From Tichowtungia sp. (GTDB lineage: Bacteria > Verrucomicrobiota > Kiritimatiellia > Kiritimatiellales > Tichowtungiaceae): 64,000 nt of DNA. The stretch is taken from NCBI GenBank assembly GCA_041584215.1, contig JBFHEM010000020.1, positions 1,568 through 65,567 of the forward strand. The letters run 5' to 3'. Below are positions 10,844 to 21,298 of the stretch, one piece after another. Within the stretch, counting starts at the first letter, position 1; the number at the start of each line of letters is the position of its first letter. Both the position numbers and the translations under genes were made by a program. Under the pieces are notes generated by a model, which did not search any database, was not told the origin of the DNA, and saw only the letters and a list, made by a program, of their open reading frames with translations.

Positions 10844-11624
10844 GCTCAGAAGGGTGTCTGTGCCACATACCGTTGAAACGATCGAAAGTGCCGCCTTACA
10901 GTCTTCCGTTCCCTTCGCGGTCGTTCTGCCGCAGGGCGACGGGCCGTTCCCGGTGCTCTACGACCTGCACGGGCTGCTCAGCGACGAAGGGCCGTTCGAC
11001 CCCGCGCCAACCCCGCGCGAGTATTTCGAAAAGCAGCCGTTCCGCAAACTGCAGAGCATTGCCGATGAAACCGGCACGGCCATCGTGCGCGTCAACGGCG
11101 GGCGCGGCTGGTACCTCGACAGCCCGCGCATCAAAAACTCGCAGTATCAGTCGCACATCGTGAATGAACATTTCCAATGGTTGGAAAATAAGTGTCCAAT
11201 CATTGGAAAAAAGGAAGCTCGCGGAATTTCCGGCCACAGCATGGGCGGCATGGGCGCGGTCAATTTCCTGTGCCGCTTCCCCGAGCTGTTCCGTGTCGGC
11301 GCCATCCACTGCGCCTCGCTGCGCTTTATGCCGGGCGATCACCGCGGAAGTTTTATCGAGGATCTGATGAGCGATGAAGAGCTGCGCCGGGCATTTCCCG
11401 GCGATTTCCTGCAGGGGCTGATCCGCCACGATTTGCGGCTGCGCGTGACCGTCGGCAAAAACGACAGCGAGCGGATTCTGCGCGAGAACCGCGATCTGCA
11501 CAGGTTTCTGGTGCAGAGTAATCAGCTCCATTACTACGAAGAGACCCCCGGCGGGCATGAATACATTCCGCACGGGCTCGAGGGCGTGGTCTGGGCCGCA
11601 AAACAGCTGAGTGAAACAGCTTGA
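10830..11624 (+). CDS. Alpha/beta-hydrolase, esterase family
   Basis: FPVLY.LHG, GHSMGG nucleophile elbow, PGGH; true start possibly GTG 10860. Confidence 0.8.
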   Translation: MTRYALRRVSVPHTVETIESAALQSSVPFAVVLPQGDGPFPVLYDLHGLLSDEGPFDPAPTPREYFEKQPFRKLQSIADETGTAIVRVNGGRGWYLDSPRIKNSQYQSHIVNEHFQWLENKCPIIGKKEARGISGHSMGGMGAVNFLCRFPELFRVGAIHCASLRFMPGDHRGSFIEDLMSDEELRRAFPGDFLQGLIRHDLRLRVTVGKNDSERILRENRDLHRFLVQSNQLHYYEETPGGHEYIPHGLEGVVWAAKQLSETA

Positions 11625-11648
11625 ACAAAGAGGGCGGCCTTTCTAGGG

Positions 11649-11678
11649 TATGCATAACGGATTCATTTTATGCATAAA
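11649..11678. promoter_or_regulatory. Probable toxin-antitoxin operator (two TATGCATA palindromes 20 bp apart)
   Basis: TATGCATA at 11649 and TTTATGCATAAA at 11667, directly upstream of the antitoxin. Confidence 0.6.
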
Positions 11679-11686
11679 GGGGGTGT

Positions 11687-11881
11687 ATGAGAACAACACT
11701 GGATTTGCCGGAATCTTTGCTGCAAAAAGCGATGAAGGTTTCGCATCAAAAAACAAAGACTGCAGCCATCATTACTGCGCTGGAGGAGATGGTTCGAAAG
11801 GATCACCTTCAGGAGTTGAAAAAGTTTAAGGGCAAACTGGATCTCGATATCGACCTGGATTCCTTGCGCAAACGGGCATGA
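11687..11881 (+). CDS. vapB: VapB-type antitoxin (RHH)
   Basis: MRTTLDLPE.LL..AM....KTKT..I..AL pattern; ATGA overlap with a PIN gene. Confidence 0.85.
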   Translation: MRTTLDLPESLLQKAMKVSHQKTKTAAIITALEEMVRKDHLQELKKFKGKLDLDIDLDSLRKRA

Positions 11882-12258
11882 GCGTTCTCGTTGACAGCTC
11901 GGTTTGGATTGATTATTTCCGGGGGGAGACCTCTGCGGAACGTCTCGATGTCTTCATTGAGGATGGGTTGATTCTGACGAATGAATTAATTCTCGCGGAG
12001 CTCCTGCCTCACATGCTGATCCGAAAAGAAAAGAAGCTGTCCGGGCTGTTGAAAAGCATTTCTCAGCTTCCATTAAAAATTGATTGGGATGCGATCGTTC
12101 AACTTCAAGTCACCTGCATTAAAAAGGGAATTCATAAGGTGGGGATCCCCGACCTGATTATTGCGCAAAATGCGATGCAGAATGATGTGGTGCTCTATTC
12201 ACTCGATCAGCACTTCCAGTTAATGAGTGAGCACACGTCGCTTACGGTTCAAAAGTAG
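11878..12258 (+). CDS. vapC: PIN-domain VapC toxin
   Basis: VLVDSSVWID, E, DLIIA, SLD.HF acidic PIN motifs; 126 aa. Confidence 0.88.
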   Translation: MSVLVDSSVWIDYFRGETSAERLDVFIEDGLILTNELILAELLPHMLIRKEKKLSGLLKSISQLPLKIDWDAIVQLQVTCIKKGIHKVGIPDLIIAQNAMQNDVVLYSLDQHFQLMSEHTSLTVQK

Positions 12259-12268
12259 AGAGAAATTT

Positions 12269-13144
12269 ATGTTGAAAAGTATGACCGGATTCGGGGCGGG
12301 CAGCGCGAAGGCGGACGGAGTGCAGATCCTCGTGGAGCTGAGCAGTGTCAACCGCAAGCAGCTCGATGTGGCGCTGCGGCTTCCGCCGGCACTGGCGGGG
12401 TTCGAGTCCCGCGTCCAGAAAATCATCAAAGAGACGGTCTCGCGCGGGCGGATCTCCGGGACAGTGCAGCTGGAAACATCGGATGGATCCGGCGGCATTC
12501 AGCTCGACTTCAAAAAAACCGAAGCCGCGGTGAAGCAGCTGCGGGCCGCGGCGAAAAAACTGAAGCTCGCCGACAATCTGGGCGCGGCGGAGCTGCTGCG
12601 GATTCCCAACCTGTTTCAGAACGCCGAGGCGGATCACTGCACGGAAGAGTTTTTCCAATGTCTGGAAAAAGCGCTGCGCGCCGCGCTCAAAAACCTGGAG
12701 GAAATGCGGGTGGGCGAGGGCAAAGCGCTCGAAGCCGATTTCCGCGAGCGGCTCAAGGTGCTCGAAACAAGTCTTTCCGAAATTCAAAAGCTGGCACCCG
12801 CGGTGGTTTCCAATTATCGGAACAGACTGCTCCAGGGTTTGGAAACCTGCGGGATCGAGAACATTGAAAACGATGAGCGGATTCTGCGCGAGATTGCGCT
12901 GTTCGCGGAGAAGGCGGATATCTCGGAGGAAATCACGCGGCTGAAGAGCCATATTCAGCAGTTCCGTAAAATGATGCGCTCGCCGGATCCGGCCGGGCGG
13001 CCGCTCGATTTCCTGGCGCAGGAGTTTTTCCGCGAAATCAATACGATCGGTTCCAAAGCCAACGATCTTGAAATCACTCAGCAGGTGGTCGCTTTCAAGA
13101 CCGAACTCGAACGCATCCGCGAGCAGGTGCAGAATATCGAATAG
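12269..13144 (+). CDS. yicC: YicC/YloC family endoribonuclease
   Basis: SMTGFG, SVNRK.LD, DISEEITRL.SH, GR.LDFL.QE..RE.NTIGSK, REQVQNIE. Confidence 0.95.
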   Translation: MLKSMTGFGAGSAKADGVQILVELSSVNRKQLDVALRLPPALAGFESRVQKIIKETVSRGRISGTVQLETSDGSGGIQLDFKKTEAAVKQLRAAAKKLKLADNLGAAELLRIPNLFQNAEADHCTEEFFQCLEKALRAALKNLEEMRVGEGKALEADFRERLKVLETSLSEIQKLAPAVVSNYRNRLLQGLETCGIENIENDERILREIALFAEKADISEEITRLKSHIQQFRKMMRSPDPAGRPLDFLAQEFFREINTIGSKANDLEITQQVVAFKTELERIREQVQNIE

Positions 13145-13318
13145 CCTAATCCGCACGGGGAAACCGGGCGGGGCGGCTCCCGGCCCCGCGCCTGAATTCA
13201 TGATTTATTCTTTGGTTTTTTGCAAAGAGTCCTACTAGTATACCCGCATCAGCCCGGTAGAAAAGAATCGTAAATCTTTGTGACGGAGGGGGGAGCCGGC
13301 CGTCCGCAGGAGTGATCC

Positions 13319-16300
13319 ATGTTTTTAGAGTTACTGCAAGACCTCGCGATACTGCTGGCTCTCAGCATGGCGTATACCCTGCTGTTCCGGTCGCGAGACC
13401 GGAGCTCCCGGACGGGGCGCCTGGTTATGGGACTGCTGTTCGGTGCCGCTGCCGTGTTTGCCATGCTGACTCCGGTCGCGCTGTTTCCCGGTGTCATCAT
13501 CGACAGCCGATCCATCTTCATCAGCATGGCCGGCCTGATGGGCGGCGGGCTTTGCGCCCTGATTGCCGCGCTGCCGGCTCTCGCATACCGGGCGCTGACC
13601 GGCGGAGCCGGCGCCCCGGTCGGGTACGCAATTATTGTCACCTCCGCGTTGCTGGGAACCGCCTTCCATTTCATCCGGCGCAATGCCCTGACTCCGGTTT
13701 CAACAACGCAGTTATATGTTTTCGGGCTGATTGTTCACGTCAACATGATGCTGCTGATGCTGCTGCTGCCCGAAGCCGTCCGCTGGCAGGTCCTCTCCAC
13801 CATTTCGCTGCCCGTGCTGCTGATTTATCCGATCGGCACGGTGCTGATCGCCCGGCTCCTAATGGTCCAGGATGAGCAGTCCGCGGCCGAGCAGGCCCTC
13901 CGGCACTCTGAAGCGCGACTGGCCGGTATTCTGCGCGCCGCTCCGACCGGGATCGGGGTGGTAAAAGACCGGGTGCTTGTGGATGTGAACCGCCGAATCT
14001 GTGAGATCACCGGATACCGCCGCGAAGAGCTGATCGGGCACAACGCAGAAATGCTGTATCCGACTCGGCAGGAATTTTTGCGCGTCGGCAGTGAAAATGA
14101 TGAGCAGATCCTGCAGACGGGCTCCGGGTCGCTGGAAACACAGTGGCGGCGCAGGGACGGAGCCGTTCGGGAGATTATACTCTCATCCACGCCGCTGAAT
14201 CCGGATGAGCCGGGTGCGGGCATGACATTTGCCGCCCTTGACATCACAGAACGCAAGCAGACCGAAGATGCCCTGTGGCAAAGTGAGGAGCGCTATCGGA
14301 AGCTGGTCGAGGGCCAGTCGGACCTGCTGGTTGAGGTGGACTTAGAGAGCCGCTTCCTGTTTGTGAGCCCCTCCTACTGCAGAATGTTCAACAAGACGGA
14401 AGATGAACTGCTGGGCCGCACCTTTCTGCCGCTGGTTCACGAGGATGACCGGGCATCGACCGAGCAGGCGCTGAAAACCTTGCTCGTGCCGCCGCATGAA
14501 GCCTATATGGAGCAGCGGGCGAAGACCAAAGACGGGTGGCGCTGGCTGGCCTGGAAAGACTCCGCCGTGCTGGATGCGGATGGAAACGTCGTTTCTATTC
14601 TCGGTTTGGGCCGCGATATAACCGAGCAGAAAAAAGCGGAGCAGGCGCTGGCCGAAAGCGAGGAGAAATTCAGAAATCTGGTGGAGTCTTCCAGCGACTG
14701 GATTTGGGAAGTGGACGCGGACGGCAGGTATACCTATTGCAGCCCGCAGGTGGAAAAAATTCTCGGCTATACCCCGCAGGAAATCATCGGGAAAACGCCT
14801 GTCGAGCTGATGGACCCGAGGGAGGCCGAGCGCATCCGGAAACAGTTTCATGCGCTCTGCACAGCCGCCAAACCGTTTGTCTCGCTGGAAAACATCAATC
14901 TGCACAAAGACGGCCGGCCGGTCATTCTGGAGACCAGCGCGGTTCCGGTCCTGAGCCCGGATGGACGCTTCCTCGGCTACCGGGGCATCGACCGGGACAT
15001 CACCAAACGCAAGCAGTCCGAAGACGCGCTCAAAGAGTCCACGCAAAAGCTGGCCCTGCACATCGAGCACACGCCCCTGGGTGTGGTGGGATGGGATACA
15101 GAATGTAAAGTGACCGAATGGAATCCGGCCGCCGAGAAAATTTTCGGCTATACCCGGGAGGAGGCGCTGGGCCGCCACGCCTCGTTTATCGTTCCGGATT
15201 CTGCGCGCGAACAGGTCGGCCGAACGATTTTGCAGTTGATGGGTAAAAAAGGCGGCACCCGGTCGGCCAATGAAAACATCACCCGATCCGGAGAGCGGAT
15301 TGCCTGCGAGTGGTACAACACCCCGCTCGTTGATGACCACGACCGGGTGATCGGCGCAGCCTCCCTGGTGATGGATGTGACCGCCCGCAAAAAAGCGGAG
15401 GAGGAGCGCGAGCGGCTGATGTTCGCCATCGAACAGTCTGCCGAGATGGTGCTCATCACCGATGCCGATGCGAAGATTCTTTATGTGAATCCCGCCTTCG
15501 AACGCGTCACCGGATACTCCCGCGACGAAGTGCTGGGCCGAACCCCGAAGATGGTTCAGAGCGGCCGGCACGCTCCTGCGTTTTATAAGAAGCTGTGGAG
15601 CACCATCTCCGCCGGCAGGTCCTGGTCCGGACGGTTTATCAACATGAAAAAAGACGGCACGGTCTATACCGAAGAAGCCACCATTTCCCCTGTGACGGAT
15701 GAGGCCGGAAAAATCATCAACTATGTGGCCGCCAAGCGCGATGTAACCCGCGAGCTGGAACTCGAAGACCAGCTGCGCCAGGCGCAGAAAATGGAGGCGG
15801 TCGGACAAATGGCCGGCGGGATCGCCCACGACTTCAACAACCTGCTGCAGGTGATCTGCGGATATGCCGAACTGGCGCAAATGGACATGGACGCGGATCA
15901 CCCGCTCGCGGCGGCCATCGGGGAAATCATGATCGCGGCGCAGCGGGGGAAAGGTCTGATCAATCAGCTGCTGGCGTTCAGCCGCCGGCAGGTGATCAAA
16001 CCGGTCGACATCGACCTCAATCAGCTGATCAATGCGATCCGGAATATGCTCGGCAAGCTGATCGGCGAGCACATCGAACTGCGGGTGATCACCGGTCAGG
16101 GAATCGGCACCATCCACGCCGACAGCGGACTGATCGAACAGGTGCTGATGAATCTCTGCACCAATGCCCGCGACGCGATGCCCGACGGCGGAACGCTGAC
16201 CATCGAAACGGAGAATGTTCAGGTGGACGCCGAATACGCCCGCGCGAACGCCTGGGCCGTCGTCGGCCGTTACGTTCTGCTCCGTGTGAGCGATACCGGC

Positions 16301-16909
16301 TTCGGGATGGACTCCCGCACTCTGGAGCATATTTTCGAGCCGTTCTTTTCCACCAAAGAAGTGGGCAAGGGAACCGGGCTCGGGCTCTCAACAGTCTTTG
16401 GAATCGTCCAGCAGCATCACGGACATATCCATTCCTTCAGTGAAGCCGGCAAGGGAACGAGCTTTGAAATTTTTCTGCCGACCGTCGACCGCCAGGCCGC
16501 GGAAGTCCCCAGCACCGCATCCGGCCCGGTCAGCGGCGGAACCGAAACGATTCTGGTGGCCGAAGACGATGAGACCGTTTTGAAACTCGCGGAGCATCTT
16601 CTGACCCATGCCGGCTATCGGGTCCTGACCGCCAGGGACGGCCGGGAGGCTCTCGCAATGTTTAAGCAGCACGCCCGGGAAATCGACATGGTGATGTTCG
16701 ATGTGGTCATGCCGCACATGGGCGGAAAGCAGGCGCTGGATCAGATTCTTGCGCTGCGGCCCGGCCTGCCGCATCTGTTCGCCAGCGGGTACAGCGAAAA
16801 CGAGGTGCATACCGACTTCATACAGAACCGCGAACTGCACCTGCTCAACAAACCCTACCAGGCCGAAACCCTGCTCAGAAAAATCCGCGAAGTGCTCGAC
16901 GGAAAATAA
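13319..16909 (+). CDS. Hybrid histidine kinase with 5TM-LYT-like membrane domain, five PAS domains and REC
   Basis: Hydrophobic N-terminus (PGVIIDSR), repeated DITE.K PAC ends, [17 protein letters not shown]-terminal REC. Confidence 0.92.
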   Translation: MFLELLQDLAILLALSMAYTLLFRSRDRSSRTGRLVMGLLFGAAAVFAMLTPVALFPGVIIDSRSIFISMAGLMGGGLCALIAALPALAYRALTGGAGAPVGYAIIVTSALLGTAFHFIRRNALTPVSTTQLYVFGLIVHVNMMLLMLLLPEAVRWQVLSTISLPVLLIYPIGTVLIARLLMVQDEQSAAEQALRHSEARLAGILRAAPTGIGVVKDRVLVDVNRRICEITGYRREELIGHNAEMLYPTRQEFLRVGSENDEQILQTGSGSLETQWRRRDGAVREIILSSTPLNPDEPGAGMTFAALDITERKQTEDALWQSEERYRKLVEGQSDLLVEVDLESRFLFVSPSYCRMFNKTEDELLGRTFLPLVHEDDRASTEQALKTLLVPPHEAYMEQRAKTKDGWRWLAWKDSAVLDADGNVVSILGLGRDITEQKKAEQALAESEEKFRNLVESSSDWIWEVDADGRYTYCSPQVEKILGYTPQEIIGKTPVELMDPREAERIRKQFHALCTAAKPFVSLENINLHKDGRPVILETSAVPVLSPDGRFLGYRGIDRDITKRKQSEDALKESTQKLALHIEHTPLGVVGWDTECKVTEWNPAAEKIFGYTREEALGRHASFIVPDSAREQVGRTILQLMGKKGGTRSANENITRSGERIACEWYNTPLVDDHDRVIGAASLVMDVTARKKAEEERERLMFAIEQSAEMVLITDADAKILYVNPAFERVTGYSRDEVLGRTPKMVQSGRHAPAFYKKLWSTISAGRSWSGRFINMKKDGTVYTEEATISPVTDEAGKIINYVAAKRDVTRELELEDQLRQAQKMEAVGQMAGGIAHDFNNLLQVICGYAELAQMDMDADHPLAAAIGEIMIAAQRGKGLINQLLAFSRRQVIKPVDIDLNQLINAIRNMLGKLIGEHIELRVITGQGIGTIHADSGLIEQVLMNLCTNARDAMPDGGTLTIETENVQVDAEYARANAWAVVGRYVLLRVSDTGFGMDSRTLEHIFEPFFSTKEVGKGTGLGLSTVFGIVQQHHGHIHSFSEAGKGTSFEIFLPTVDRQAAEVPSTASGPVSGGTETILVAEDDETVLKLAEHLLTHAGYRVLTARDGREALAMFKQHAREIDMVMFDVVMPHMGGKQALDQILALRPGLPHLFASGYSENEVHTDFIQNRELHLLNKPYQAETLLRKIREVLDGK

Positions 16910-16999
16910 TACGCAAATTTTTTCCAGGGACAGAATTTTTTGACTCAACGCAACTTCAACGCAGTTGCCATCGTCCCGCTCGTGTGAAAGATTTCTCTC

Positions 17000-17620
17000 A
17001 TGCAAACAGAAAAAAAAAACGCGCTGCTTCTTGTGGTTTCCGCTCCGTCGGGTGCCGGCAAGTCGACCCTTTGCAACCGGCTGATCGAAAAATTTCCGGG
17101 CATGACCTATTCGGTTTCGTGCACCACGCGCGCGCCGCGCGGCCGGGAAAAAAACGGCGTGCATTACCACTTCCTCTCGAAAGAGGAATTTGCGGCCCGG
17201 GCTGCAAGAGGCGAATTTCTCGAACATGCCGAAGTGCATGGAAATTTTTATGGAACGTTGAAAAACACCGTGCGGCAGGCGCTGAGTGACGGGAAGGATC
17301 TGATCATGGACATCGATGTGCAGGGGGCCGCGCAGATCCGCGCCGCCTGCGCGGCGCTGCCGGCGGACGATCCGCTGCGCAGAAGTTTTGTCGACATCTT
17401 CATCGCGCCGCCCTCAATCGACGAGCTGCGCCGACGTCTCTGCGGACGCGCCACCGATGCCGAAGAAGTCATTGAAAAACGGATGCTCAATGCGCAGAAG
17501 GAAATGAAAGAGCACAAGTTGTATAAGCACCTCCTCGTCAACGACAACCTTGACGAAGCACTTGAAAAATTTATGAACATCGTGTGTGCAGAACACAAAA
17601 AACGCAGTAAAAAAACTTAA
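17000..17620 (+). CDS. gmk: Guanylate kinase
   Basis: SAPSGAGKST, TTRAPR.RE.NG.HYHF, EVHGNFYGT, DIDVQGA. Confidence 0.97.
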   Translation: MQTEKKNALLLVVSAPSGAGKSTLCNRLIEKFPGMTYSVSCTTRAPRGREKNGVHYHFLSKEEFAARAARGEFLEHAEVHGNFYGTLKNTVRQALSDGKDLIMDIDVQGAAQIRAACAALPADDPLRRSFVDIFIAPPSIDELRRRLCGRATDAEEVIEKRMLNAQKEMKEHKLYKHLLVNDNLDEALEKFMNIVCAEHKKRSKKT

Positions 17621-17748
17621 CGCTTTGAGTGAAAGGTTGTTGCAAGAGAAACCGGTAATCGTTATATCATTACTTCATACCCGTACCGAATTAGCGCGGC
17701 TTATGGGTAAAGTTAAGGTGAACCTGTAACCCATAGAAGGAGGCTGAA

Positions 17749-18147
17749 ATGGCAGCTAGTAAAAAAGCGACAAAAAAGAAAGTCGCGAAAAAAGCAGCAG
17801 CAAAAAAAGCACCGGCTAAAAAAGCGGTAGCGAAAAAGGCTCCGGCTAAAAAAGCCGCAGCGAAAAAAACACCGGCTAAAAAAGCCGCAGTGAAAAAAGC
17901 GCCGGCGAAAAAAGCCGCGGCGAAAAAAGCGCCGGCTAAAAAAGTTGCAGCCAAAAAAGCACCGGCCAAAAAGAAAGCTGCCAAAAAAGCGCCGGCCAAG
18001 AAGAAGGTCGCAGCGAAAAAAGCGCCGGCCAAGAAAGCTGCCGCGAAAAAGGCTCCGGCCAAGAAAGCCGCAGCGAAAAAAGCTCCTGCCAAAAAGAAAG
18101 CGGCAAAAAAAGCTCCTGCCAAAAAGAAAGCCGCTAAGAAGAAATAA
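17749..18147 (+). CDS. Histone H1-like (Hc2/AlgP-type) Lys/Ala/Pro repeat DNA-binding protein
   Basis: About eleven [10 protein letters not shown]-type repeats; AGGAGG RBS; followed by a terminator. Confidence 0.85.
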   Translation: MAASKKATKKKVAKKAAAKKAPAKKAVAKKAPAKKAAAKKTPAKKAAVKKAPAKKAAAKKAPAKKVAAKKAPAKKKAAKKAPAKKKVAAKKAPAKKAAAKKAPAKKAAAKKAPAKKKAAKKAPAKKKAAKKK

Positions 18148-18170
18148 CTCATCAGCGAGTGTTTTCCTGT

Positions 18171-18199
18171 ACAGCCCCGGTTTCCGGGGCTGTTTTTTT
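18171..18199 (+). terminator. Rho-independent terminator
   Basis: ACAGCCCCGG-TTT-CCGGGGCTGT followed by a T run. Confidence 0.9.
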
Positions 18200-18275
18200 A
18201 GTCCGTTGATTTTAATTTTCTTTTGCTCTCGTCTCAGGCTATCCTTCAGCATTTAAAAAAGCGGAGAGTCATTGC

Positions 18276-18731
18276 ATGAAGTGTCCGAAATGTGAGCATC
18301 GTGAAAACAAAGTGATCGACAGCCGCGAAGTGCGCGAAGGATGCGCCATCCGCCGCCGCCGGCTTTGTCTCAACTGCGGCCACCGCTTCACCACCTATGA
18401 GGAAGTCATGCGCGCCGCGCTGCAGATCATCAAGCGCGACGGACGCCGCGAAATCCTTCTCCGCGAAAAACTGATCCAGAGCCTGGTGATCGCCTGCCAG
18501 AAGCGCCCCATCAGCGTGCAGCAGATCGAGCAGATGGCCGGCACCATCGTCACGGAGGCGGAAGCCGAATACGAACGCGAAGTCCCGTCCACCGTCATCG
18601 GATCCAAAGTGATGAGCATGCTCGAAAAGCTCGACGAGGTGGCCTACGTCCGGTTTGCCTCGGTCTACCGGCGCTTCAAAGATGTCAACCAGTTCATGAA
18701 CGAAGCGGAAAGGCTGATCGGCCGCGAATGA
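18276..18731 (+). CDS. nrdR: Transcriptional repressor NrdR
   Basis: MKCPKC...VIDSR...RRRR.C..C..RFTTYE; ATP cone; VAYVRFASVYR. Confidence 0.97.
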   Translation: MKCPKCEHRENKVIDSREVREGCAIRRRRLCLNCGHRFTTYEEVMRAALQIIKRDGRREILLREKLIQSLVIACQKRPISVQQIEQMAGTIVTEAEAEYEREVPSTVIGSKVMSMLEKLDEVAYVRFASVYRRFKDVNQFMNEAERLIGRE

Positions 18732-19384
18732 TCAACCCCTGCACAGAAAGCCCGCGCTCCGCCCGCCGCGCCTGGTCCGGAACCGTTCAGCGTCTGTTCG
18801 AGTCGCTGGATTTGCAGGAGCGGGAAACCGCGGCCGAAATTTCGGAGAGCCTCGCGGTTTTCTGCGAGCAGTTTTCATATGTGCCCGGCCATACCCTCTC
18901 GCTGCTGATGGCCCGCTCTTTCTGCGCCGTCGGCGACCGCGCCGCGGCCGACCGCATTTTGCGGCACGACCGGGCGCACCGTTCCCACGCCGATTCCTGG
19001 CTCGACGTGCTTTCCGCCGAATACCCGTTCCCGGAGCTCTACCCGCTGTTCAGTTCGCGCGCGCTCCATCCGCTCCGCCTTCAAACCGTGGGCTCGCAGA
19101 CCGTCTGGGTCCTGGACTTCGGGCGGGTGCTTCTGACCGATGCGGACCGCCATGAAATCATTCTGCTGCAGACCTTGCGCACACTGACCGAGAAAGTTTC
19201 CAATGTCTGGAAAAAATCAAACGGGCAGGGGACGCTGGCGGTAAAAGGGCTGTCCCGCCTGTCTTTGGCCGCCCGCCCGCGCTCCGCGCAAAACCTGCCG
19301 GATTATCTGCGCCATGTCCTGGCCCGCCGCGCCGCGCTTTGCGGCTGGCCCTCCATTCCGTCCGTTCTGCTGCTCGACCTGTGA
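18728..19384 (+). CDS. Hypothetical protein
   Basis: ATGA-coupled to nrdR, normal codon usage; no recognised motif. Confidence 0.6.
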   Translation: MINPCTESPRSARRAWSGTVQRLFESLDLQERETAAEISESLAVFCEQFSYVPGHTLSLLMARSFCAVGDRAAADRILRHDRAHRSHADSWLDVLSAEYPFPELYPLFSSRALHPLRLQTVGSQTVWVLDFGRVLLTDADRHEIILLQTLRTLTEKVSNVWKKSNGQGTLAVKGLSRLSLAARPRSAQNLPDYLRHVLARRAALCGWPSIPSVLLLDL

Positions 19385-19487
19385 GAGAACCCTCCTTTGC
19401 CGCAGAGTTTCGTTATTTGTGATTGGCGATTGGCCATCAGGCCCTAAAATCGTGCCCTTATTTTCCAAACAACGAATAACCAATACC

Positions 19488-21104
19488 ATGACCGCCAACT
19501 CCGAACGCCTTAAAGAACGCTTGCTGACCGTGAGAAAAGCCGCTCCCTTTCTCGCTGCCGTGCTGTCCGGCGCGCTCCTGTTCCTGAGTTTTCCCCCGCA
19601 TGACCTCGGGGTGTTCGGCTGGGTGGCGCTGGTTCCGCTCATCCTGGTCTGCTCGGGCCGTTCGCCGCGCCGCGCCGCGCTGCTGGGCTGGCTGGCCGGC
19701 GCCGTGTTCTTTGTCGGCAGCCTGTACTGGCTGCGGCACGTCACCTGGGCCGGCTATCTGGCGCTGGCCTGCTACTGCGCGCTCTACTTCATTCCGTTTG
19801 CCGTGTTCGTCGCCCTGCGCCCCGGCGGATGGAGCAGCATGGCCCGCCTGAAAAACCTGGGCTGGATGGCGGCGCTGGCCGCCGTCTGGGCCGCATCCGA
19901 ATATCTGCGCGCCACGCTGCTGACCGGCTTCCCGTGGAACCTGCTCGGCGTCAGCCAGTACAACCAGATCTCGCTCATCCAGATTGCGGATATCGGCGGG
20001 GTTTATCTGCTCTCCGCCCTCATGGTATTTGTCAATGCGGGACTCGCCGCAACCGCGCTGCAGTACATCTCCGGTCTGCGGCGCGCCGGCTATCAGATGC
20101 ACATCGAATTCATGACCGCCATGTTCGTGCTGGCCATGGCCTCCTCCTACGGACTGGGCATCCTGCTGACAAAGAAGGCCCCGGCGAAGCCGGTTCACGT
20201 TGCGCTCATTCAGCCCAATATTCCGGAAGTCGGAAACTGGATGCCCGCCGACCCGGAACTCACCTATGAGCGGCTGGACACCCTGACCGAACTGGTCACT
20301 CACGCCCCGGATCTCGATCTCATCATTTGGCCCGAAACCGCGCTGCCCGATTTCGTCCGCTTCAGCCCCCGCTCCGCCGCCCTGGTTCAGCGCTTTGCGG
20401 AAAAAGGCGTCCCCCTGCTGGCCGGCAGTATGGATCTCGAATGGCTCGAAGGAGGCCGGCGGAACTATTACAACGCCTCCATGCTCTTCAATCCGCGCGG
20501 AGAACTGGTCGGAACCTATCGCAAACAGCATCTGGTCCTGTTCGGAGAATACATTCCGTTTGAAGAAAAAATCCCGCTCATCAACGCGCTCACCCCCATC
20601 GAATCGAGTTTCCGCTCCGGCAGCAAATCGGTCCTGTTCTCCCTGCCCGGCACCGACCGACCGTTTTCGGTCCTGATCTGTTTTGAGGACACCCTGCCGT
20701 ATCTCGCCCGCCGCGCCGCCCGCGCCGGCGCCGCCTGGCTGGTCAACCAGACCAACGACTCCTGGTTCGACCCCGACTGCGGCTCGCTGCAGCACCTGGC
20801 CCACGCCGTCTTCCGCACCGTCGAAACCCGCCTGCCGATGGTGCGCTGCACCAACACCGGCGTCACCTGCGCAATCGATGCCCAGGGCCGCATCAAACGC
20901 ACCCTCGAGCCGCGCACCGAAGGATTTCATGTCGCCGAAGTGCGCCCGGCCGACCCGAATCAGCCTCAAACGTTCTACACCCGCCACGGCGACCGCTTCG
21001 CACAGGCTTGCCTGCTCATTTCCGCTGTGCTGTTCGCGCGCGGGATTTCGCGCGGCAGACGGACCGCAGGGGGACGGTCAAAAAAAGGCGAAGAACTGGA
21101 ATGA
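19488..21104 (+). CDS. lnt: Apolipoprotein N-acyltransferase
   Basis: TGFPW..LG.SQ, WPETA, YRKQHLVLFGEY.P, ICFED, TNDSWF, NTG.T. Confidence 0.95.
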   Translation: MTANSERLKERLLTVRKAAPFLAAVLSGALLFLSFPPHDLGVFGWVALVPLILVCSGRSPRRAALLGWLAGAVFFVGSLYWLRHVTWAGYLALACYCALYFIPFAVFVALRPGGWSSMARLKNLGWMAALAAVWAASEYLRATLLTGFPWNLLGVSQYNQISLIQIADIGGVYLLSALMVFVNAGLAATALQYISGLRRAGYQMHIEFMTAMFVLAMASSYGLGILLTKKAPAKPVHVALIQPNIPEVGNWMPADPELTYERLDTLTELVTHAPDLDLIIWPETALPDFVRFSPRSAALVQRFAEKGVPLLAGSMDLEWLEGGRRNYYNASMLFNPRGELVGTYRKQHLVLFGEYIPFEEKIPLINALTPIESSFRSGSKSVLFSLPGTDRPFSVLICFEDTLPYLARRAARAGAAWLVNQTNDSWFDPDCGSLQHLAHAVFRTVETRLPMVRCTNTGVTCAIDAQGRIKRTLEPRTEGFHVAEVRPADPNQPQTFYTRHGDRFAQACLLISAVLFARGISRGRRTAGGRSKKGEELE

Positions 21105-21298
21105 TCCCATGTTCTTTTGTCCTGCGGGGCGAGGGCGCGCAGCCATCGTACCGCGCTTCGCGGGTGCGGCTTGACATGCCAACCGCAGGCAATCTGAAAT
21201 CGCTGGTATTGCATGCGGGCCCAGTTGCTTTTTGACTTGGCTTTCTTTTCGCCCCGCTTCAGGTAAACTGACGCTGTTCAATTTCAAAAAGGAACCCT

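Noticed and set aside
17691-18252. Antisense Phe/Ala/Arg-rich ORFs
   Set aside because: They mirror the Lys/Ala repeat gene; the RBS and terminator support the + strand ORF.
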